Made by a program: the position numbers and the translations under genes. Positions 54,788-64,000 of a stretch of 64,000 nt of DNA are shown one piece after another (the first letter of the stretch is position 1; each line of letters starts with the position of its first letter). Under the pieces are notes generated by a model. That model searched no databases, had not been told where the DNA came from, and saw only the letters and a list, made by a program, of their open reading frames with translations. This DNA is from Mytilus trossulus (lineage: Eukaryota), in NCBI RefSeq assembly GCF_036588685.1, contig NC_086381.1:27900001-27964000 (forward strand), written 5' to 3'.

Positions 54788-55231
54788 TATATATTATATA
54801 AAAATAAGGTCATAGATTGTAATGTGTGTGCTTATATAGTATAATATATAGGACTGCAACTAAATTTACACCAAAAATATATGCAATATTGACCACTAAC
54901 AACTATGAGTTTTTCTTCCTCTCGTGCTTGCGCATTTTCATCGAATCTACGTTTATATATAGTTGTTTATTTTCTTGGACTTTTATAGGGGAAAAAAAGA
55001 AACTCGTACTGTTCTTCATTTTTTTTCCACATCAAATATTGTTATATATATAATAAGAAAGTAGACATCTGTATGCTGTTTATAAAGAAAAGGAAAAATA
55101 AAGAGATAAAGACAAGAGAAATGGAGGGAGTGAGCTATGTTTGAGATTGCACAACAAAGTCAGATTCTTTTTGAAAAATGTTGGTGGCCCTGAAAAGGGC
55201 CGTTGTAAGTGAAGTTTCTGTAGTGTTGACT

Positions 55232-55615
<384 letters not shown>

Positions 55616-55892
55616 TTAATACGTTGTTTGACTTGAACAAGTATAAACAATGATTACCCCGTTAGGTGGTATTTTACTATTTATACCCGCAAAACGGATT
55701 GAAAGATGTTTCAGTTCTAAACCAATCAAATCATCGCTTCTTCCAGGTAGTTAGGTTGAATGTTAGAAGGTGCTCTCTCCGAAGTTCGCGTTAAGTAAAA
55801 ACTTTCAATCCGTTTTGCCGAGTATAAATAGAAATTTTTATTTACGGCCATCATTCACTGATTACATTTCAGAGAGTATACATCTGTCAAAA

Positions 55893-56267
55893 ATGCCACC
55901 AAAAGTTGGAACCAAAGGAGCCAAAAAGGCCGTAACAAAGGCAAAGACTGCCAGACCCGGCGGTGACAAGAAAAGGAGGAGGAAGAGGAGAGAATCCTAT
56001 GCCATCTACATCTACAAAGTCTTGAGACAGGTGCACCCAGACACTGGAGTATCCTCAAAGGCTATGTCTATCATGAACAGTTTTGTCAACGATATCTTTG
56101 AGAGAATCGCTGCAGAAGCTTCCCGTCTCGCTCACTACAACAAGAGATCTACCATCACATCTCGGGAGATCCAGACTGCAGTTCGTCTGCTCCTACCCGG
56201 TGAATTGGCCAAGCACGCTGTCAGTGAAGGTACCAAAGCCGTCACAAAGTACACCAGCAGCAAGTAA
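55893..56267 (+). CDS. H2B: Histone H2B
   Basis: Same protein as first copy. Confidence 0.99.
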   Translation: MPPKVGTKGAKKAVTKAKTARPGGDKKRRRKRRESYAIYIYKVLRQVHPDTGVSSKAMSIMNSFVNDIFERIAAEASRLAHYNKRSTITSREIQTAVRLLLPGELAKHAVSEGTKAVTKYTSSK

Positions 56268-57021
56268 ACAACGAGAAGTTTAACTTCACAAACGGCCCTT
56301 TTCAGGGCCACCAATATTTTTCAAAAAGAGTCTTATTATTGTTGTACATAACAAACTTCTAAATGAAGCTGTGTCCCACCCCAAAATGACAAATTTATTT
56401 ATATCTGAATTCTGTCTTTTTGTCTTTCTTTCTTTCTTTCTTCTTTTCTCTTCTTTATTCTTCATTTTATTAGCCGATTTGAAAAAATATACATACACCA
56501 GAATTTAACCTTTTCACGGGTTATACATTTCTTCCCTCTTTTTTTGGGGGGGAGGGGGTCTAGAATCGAACTATACTTGAATATGTATTGAAACATTATA
56601 TAAAAAAATATCACGAACAGATTAAATTCACACATACGTCGACAGAGAGAAAAAAGGGGGAGGGGGATTGTTTTAGGATATAAAAACAATATAACTAGAG
56701 TTTGACAATGGAGGAAAAATCAGCAATATATCTTTTACATAAAAGAATACATATGAAATAAAGAATAAAAATGTTATTTACATTCAAAAATCAGGAATCA
56801 TATTGTATCCAAAGCCTTGCTGGTCTTTTTTTAATAGGCTTAAATAAAAATAGTGAAAAGAAATTAAAAAAAATAAACGAATAAAAGAAAAAGGAAAGTA
56901 AAGAAAGTTGGACAGGAGAAAGCTATGGTTTTCTTTTTAAGTACAACAAATGCAGATTCTTTTTGAAAAATGTTGGTGGCCCTGAAAAGGGCCGTTGTAT
57001 TTGTATTTTTCAGCTGGCTGT

Positions 57022-57387
<366 letters not shown>

Positions 57388-59013
57388 CTATATATCTGAT
57401 GAACGCGGCCCTAAAAGAAATACCACTGAATTTTTGATAGGTTGGACCTGATTGGTTGTTTTCGTCTAAATCGGGGAGGTAACTCTGTAGGAATTCTGTA
57501 CACTTTCAATCCACTTCTCTGAAAATATGTGAAAATAAAATATTTCAAACTGTATACAAATAAAAATACAAAGATTATAAGAGATGGACCAAATAACTAA
57601 TGATCTCCATCATCAATTAATACTTCTTATATTTTCCAATGTGAAAGAGATTTATTTCCTTTTACTTAAAATACAAGAACATATCACACTGCATACATAA
57701 GCAGGAGTTAACAATGTGCAATTGCAATATAAAAACAATTAGTTTAAAGAAAATCTTTTTATACAGTATTTTTCTTGTTCAAAAGATACAGTTTCAGAGA
57801 TAGTCCACTGCAGCTCTGCAGACTTAAGAGAGTAAAAGCAAAACTAATCTACAGCATACCAGTCAGTTATTTAAGCATGGACAGATAGACTTGTAAATAA
57901 AAACAGGTGTGCATGATAATTTTTCTCAAAATCACCTTTACCAGTTTCAATAAAGATGTCCCGGGAAATTCACATTTCAAACATGTTATTATTACATGTA
58001 TACAATCAATGCTCATCTTTTAACAACTAATTAGGAATCTTTCTAAATTTAGCAGCTACTTTATACATGTAGTCATAGGTTTTTGAAATGTACACAGTGC
58101 AGCCTCACTTTTTAAATACCACAATTGGTACATCATTGAATGAATGAATTATTGCGCCTTGTCTATTTTTCTCCACCAATGGGAAAAAAAGATTCATCCG
58201 CACACATGTTCACATCATTTATAAGGCACATAGAGCACCCAAAATAGATGCATTTTAAGCACAAAATAAAGGTATTCAAGAAAAAGTTCTTTCTGTAACA
58301 CACAATTGATGGAGACAAAGTTTTCAATGAGAATTTAAGGTGGACTACTTGGACCCGTACCGAAAATATATTTCAGAAATATAAAATAATTGAATCTTCT
58401 CATGTTGTCACAGTAGAATACACAATATGAGTAAAAATTACATACAAAAAGCATCTAAAAAATAAGTGAGAAAATAAGACCGAGAAAAATGCAATTTAGA
58501 GAAAAATATAACCACAGAAATTAGAAAGAAATACATTTTAATAATTCTGTAATTAGAAGATGGATTGTATTGTTCTTGGAGTATGTTTTTTCTTACCTTT
58601 TTTTTTTTATTTAAATGTATACATGTATGTTAATTTTTTCAGGAGGGTATACCAGAAAATGTATAACATTCTTGTTTTTTCCCGAAGGATTTGGAAGAAT
58701 TAGATAAATAAAAAATATGTATGTCTCTCTCTCTATTTATCCTTTTATTTATTTTCTTTGCATGTTTTGAAATAAGTTTCTCTATATTTTTCTCCTATCA
58801 ATACAGTAACCTGACTTGTCTAATCTTAAGTGCAAAAAAAAAAGATAATAAGAAAGAAGAATAAAGAGAGATGTGGAGAGAAAGAAAAATAAAGAAAGAT
58901 GTGGAGAGGGGGTTTCAGCTATTTTTGATTTTGATGTACAACATATTCAGACTCTTTTTGGAAAATATTGGTGGCCCTTAAAAGGGCCGTTATTGTATAG
59001 AGTAAAGGTCAGT

Positions 59014-59499
<486 letters not shown>

Positions 59500-60342
59500 C
59501 TAGCCGCAATGTTTGCAAACACGACACTGATTGGCCTTTCGGGGTAATAAAACTCACGTTGATTGGTTGAAATCTCTGTATTATGATTGGACTGATCTGG
59601 AAGTTACTTTCACAGCTTTCGATCCCTTTTTGGACTGAAGCTAAAGATTGTTCACCCCAAGCTAACAATTGGCACAATTTGTTTCTATTCTGATAGTGTC
59701 AGCGAAAATTTGACATAAGACCAAAAAAAATAATAATCAAGAGTAATGCAGAACTTAATAATAATCTTTATTCAAATAATAAATAATTGTTTAATCAACA
59801 GTCTGACACGAAATTAATAATTGACAGGAAATGTAAATTAAAGAGCAAAATAGAAGAAGAAAAAGAGAAAAAAAAACATCATCCATCCATTTTCATCAAT
59901 AGCCAGTGGTATAGAAATGCAGCCGTTTTCTTAGTGTGTGTAGCCAGTTTCTCGTATAGACATGCTTACTATAGTACACAATTGTCACTCGTCTCAGTGT
60001 CTTAAAACAAAGAGAACACTTTTTATCCTCTCTATAGTCTTTGTGTTCTCTCTAGCTATACAGTGTCTGTATTCTCTAGTCTCTGTATCATGTAAAGCCA
60101 TGATATTCTCTATATAGTATACTGCACGCATACTGGGAAACTTGCACATTGTTGAAGTATTCTTTATTGTTTATATACGAATTTTGCAAATACAAAGGAT
60201 TTGAGCTAAAAAATAATCTACACAACTATAAACATACGCATAAGTACTTTGTATAGGAATACAAAATATATATTATATATCTAAGAGAATGTGACAGCAG
60301 AAGAGGAAGAAAAGAATTCACATAGATCACAGTTAGACAGAC

Positions 60343-60400
60343 AACGAACGAACGAACGAACGAACGAACGAACGAACGAACGAACGAACGAACGAACGAA
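60343..60400. repeat. (AACG)14 microsatellite
   Basis: 58 bp. Confidence 0.97.
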
Positions 60401-60844
60401 TATATATTATATAAAAATAAGGTCATAGATTGTAATGTGTGTGCTTATATAGTATAATATATAGGACTGCAACTAAATTTACACCAAAAATATATGCAAT
60501 ATTGACCACTAACAACTATGAGTTTTTCTTCCTCTCGTGCTTGCGCATTTTCATCGAATCTACGTTTATATATAGTTGTTTATTTTCTTGGACTTTTATA
60601 GGGGAAAAAAAGAAACTCGTACTGTTCTTCATTTTTTTTCCACATCAAATATTGTTATATATATAATAAGAAAGTAGACATCTGTATGCTGTTTATAAAG
60701 AAAAGGAAAAATAAAGAGATAAAGACAAGAGAAATGGAGGGAGTGAGCTATGTTTGAGATTGCACAACAAAGTCAGATTCTTTTTGAAAAATGTTGGTGG
60801 CCCTGAAAAGGGCCGTTGTAAGTGAAGTTTCTGTAGTGTTGACT

Positions 60845-61228
<384 letters not shown>

Positions 61229-61505
61229 TTAATACGTTGTTTGACTTGAACAAGTATAAACAATGATTACCCCGTTAGGTGGTATTTTACTATTTATACC
61301 CGCAAAACGGATTGAAAGATGTTTCAGTTCTAAACCAATCAAATCATCGCTTCTTCCAGGTAGTTAGGTTGAATGTTAGAAGGTGCTCTCTCCGAAGTTC
61401 GCGTTAAGTAAAAACTTTCAATCCGTTTTGCCGAGTATAAATAGAAATTTTTATTTACGGCCATCATTCACTGATTACATTTCAGAGAGTATACATCTGT
61501 CAAAA

Positions 61506-61880
61506 ATGCCACCAAAAGTTGGAACCAAAGGAGCCAAAAAGGCCGTAACAAAGGCAAAGACTGCCAGACCCGGCGGTGACAAGAAAAGGAGGAGGAAGAG
61601 GAGAGAATCCTATGCCATCTACATCTACAAAGTCTTGAGACAGGTGCACCCAGACACTGGAGTATCCTCAAAGGCTATGTCTATCATGAACAGTTTTGTC
61701 AACGATATCTTTGAGAGAATCGCTGCAGAAGCTTCCCGTCTCGCTCACTACAACAAGAGATCTACCATCACATCTCGGGAGATCCAGACTGCAGTTCGTC
61801 TGCTCCTACCCGGTGAATTGGCCAAGCACGCTGTCAGTGAAGGTACCAAAGCCGTCACAAAGTACACCAGCAGCAAGTAA
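61506..61880 (+). CDS. H2B: Histone H2B
   Basis: Same protein as first copy. Confidence 0.99.
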   Translation: MPPKVGTKGAKKAVTKAKTARPGGDKKRRRKRRESYAIYIYKVLRQVHPDTGVSSKAMSIMNSFVNDIFERIAAEASRLAHYNKRSTITSREIQTAVRLLLPGELAKHAVSEGTKAVTKYTSSK

Positions 61881-62371
61881 ACAACGAGAAGTTTAACTTC
61901 ACAAACGGCCCTTTTCAGGGCCACCAATATTTTTCAAAAAGAGTCTTATTATTGTTGTACATAACAAACTTCTAAATGAAGCTGTGTCCCACCCCAAAAT
62001 GACAAATTTATTTATATCTGAATTCTGTCTTTTTGTCTTTCTTTCTTTCTTTCTTCTTTTCTCTTCTTTATTCTTCATTTTATTAGCCGATTTGAAAAAA
62101 TATACATACACCAGAATTTAACCTTTTCACGGGTTATACATTTCTTCCCTCTTTTTTTGGGGGGGAGGGGGTCTAGAATCGAACTATACTTGAATATGTA
62201 TTGAAACATTATATAAAAAATATCACGAACAGATTAAATTCACACATACGTCGACAGAGAGAAAAAAGGGGGAGGGGGATTGTTTTAGGATATAAAAACA
62301 ATATAACTAGAGTTTGACAATGGAGGAAAAATCAGCAATATATCTTTTACATAAAAGAATACATATGAAAT

Positions 62372-62471
62372 NNNNNNNNNNNNNNNNNNNNNNNNNNNNN
62401 NNNNNNNNNNNNNNNNNNNNNNNNNNNNNNNNNNNNNNNNNNNNNNNNNNNNNNNNNNNNNNNNNNNNNNN
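62372..62471. other. Assembly gap (100 N)
   Basis: Run of N. Confidence 0.99.
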
Positions 62472-62808
62472 CCATTTCTCTTGTCTTTATCTCTTTATTT
62501 TTCCTTTTCTTTATAAACAGCATACAGATGTCTACTTTCTTATTATATATATAACAATATTTGATGTGGAAAAAAAATGAAGAACAGTACGAGTTTCTTT
62601 TTTTCCCCTATAAAAGTCCAAGAAAATAAACAACTATATATAAACGTAGATTCGATGAAAATGCGCAAGCACGAGAGGAAGAAAAACTCATAGTTGTTAG
62701 TGGTCAATATTGCATATATTTTTGGTGTAAATTTAGTTGCAGTCCTATATATTATACTATATAAGCACACACATTACAATCTATGACCTTATTTTTATAT
62801 AATATATA

Positions 62809-62866
62809 TTCGTTCGTTCGTTCGTTCGTTCGTTCGTTCGTTCGTTCGTTCGTTCGTTCGTTCGTT
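62809..62866. repeat. (CGTT)14 microsatellite
   Basis: 58 bp. Confidence 0.97.
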
Positions 62867-63709
62867 GTCTGTCTAACTGTGATCTATGTGAATTCTTTTC
62901 TTCCTCTTCTGCTGTCACATTCTCTTAGATATATAATATATATTTTGTATTCCTATACAAAGTACTTATGCGTATGTTTATAGTTGTGTAGATTATTTTT
63001 TAGCTCAAATCCTTTGTATTTGCAAAATTCGTATATAAACAATAAAGAATACTTCAACAATGTGCAAGTTTCCCAGTATGCGTGCAGTATACTATATAGA
63101 GAATATCATGGCTTTACATGATACAGAGACTAGAGAATACAGACACTGTATAGCTAGAGAGAACACAAAGACTATAGAGAGGATAAAAAGTGTTCTCTTT
63201 GTTTTAAGACACTGAGACGAGTGACAATTGTGTACTATAGTAAGCATGTCTATACGAGAAACTGGCTACACACACTAAGAAAACGGCTGCATTTCTATAC
63301 CACTGGCTATTGATGAAAATGGATGGATGATGTTTTTTTTTCTCTTTTTCTTCTTCTATTTTGCTCTTTAATTTACATTTCCTGTCAATTATTAATTTCG
63401 TGTCAGACTGTTGATTAAACAATTATTTATTATTTGAATAAAGATTATTATTAAGTTCTGCATTACTCTTGATTATTATTTTTTTTGGTCTTATGTCAAA
63501 TTTTCGCTGACACTATCAGAATAGAAACAAATTGTGCCAATTGTTAGCTTGGGGTGAACAATCTTTAGCTTCAGTCCAAAAAGGGATCGAAAGCTGTGAA
63601 AGTAACTTCCAGATCAGTCCAATCATAATACAGAGATTTCAACCAATCAACGTGAGTTTTATTACCCCGAAAGGCCAATCAGTGTCGTGTTTGCAAACAT
63701 TGCGGCTAG

Positions 63710-64000
<291 letters not shown>

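Overview
Eukaryotic (animal) replication-dependent core histone gene array. The whole window is about 11.4 near-identical copies of a 5,613-bp unit (variants 5,601, 5,611 and 5,617 bp). Each unit carries intronless H4, H2B, H2A and H3 in the order H4> <H2B H2A> H3>, with no H1 and no 5S rRNA gene. Every gene ends in the canonical 16-nt histone stem-loop plus a purine-rich downstream element. The H2B/H2A sequences and the H1-less ~5.6-kb quartet suggest a mytilid mussel (recalled from memory, not verified). Four contigs are joined by three 100-N gaps and the array orientation flips at every gap, probably a scaffolding artefact. The frameshifted copies sit near contig ends. No novel protein-coding system is supported; the interesting signal is cis-regulatory. 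(i) A GGATYGAAAG motif lies 170-193 bp upstream of all four ATGs. (ii) H2A and H2B have mirror-image core promoters. (iii) Two exact G5AG5 (MAZ/pause-type) elements sit in the only convergent spacer. (iv) An extended 3' cassette beyond the HDE is shared by all four genes. (v) A pure (AACG)n microsatellite is the main length-polymorphic site. Regulatory features are given for the first unit and recur in each complete unit.
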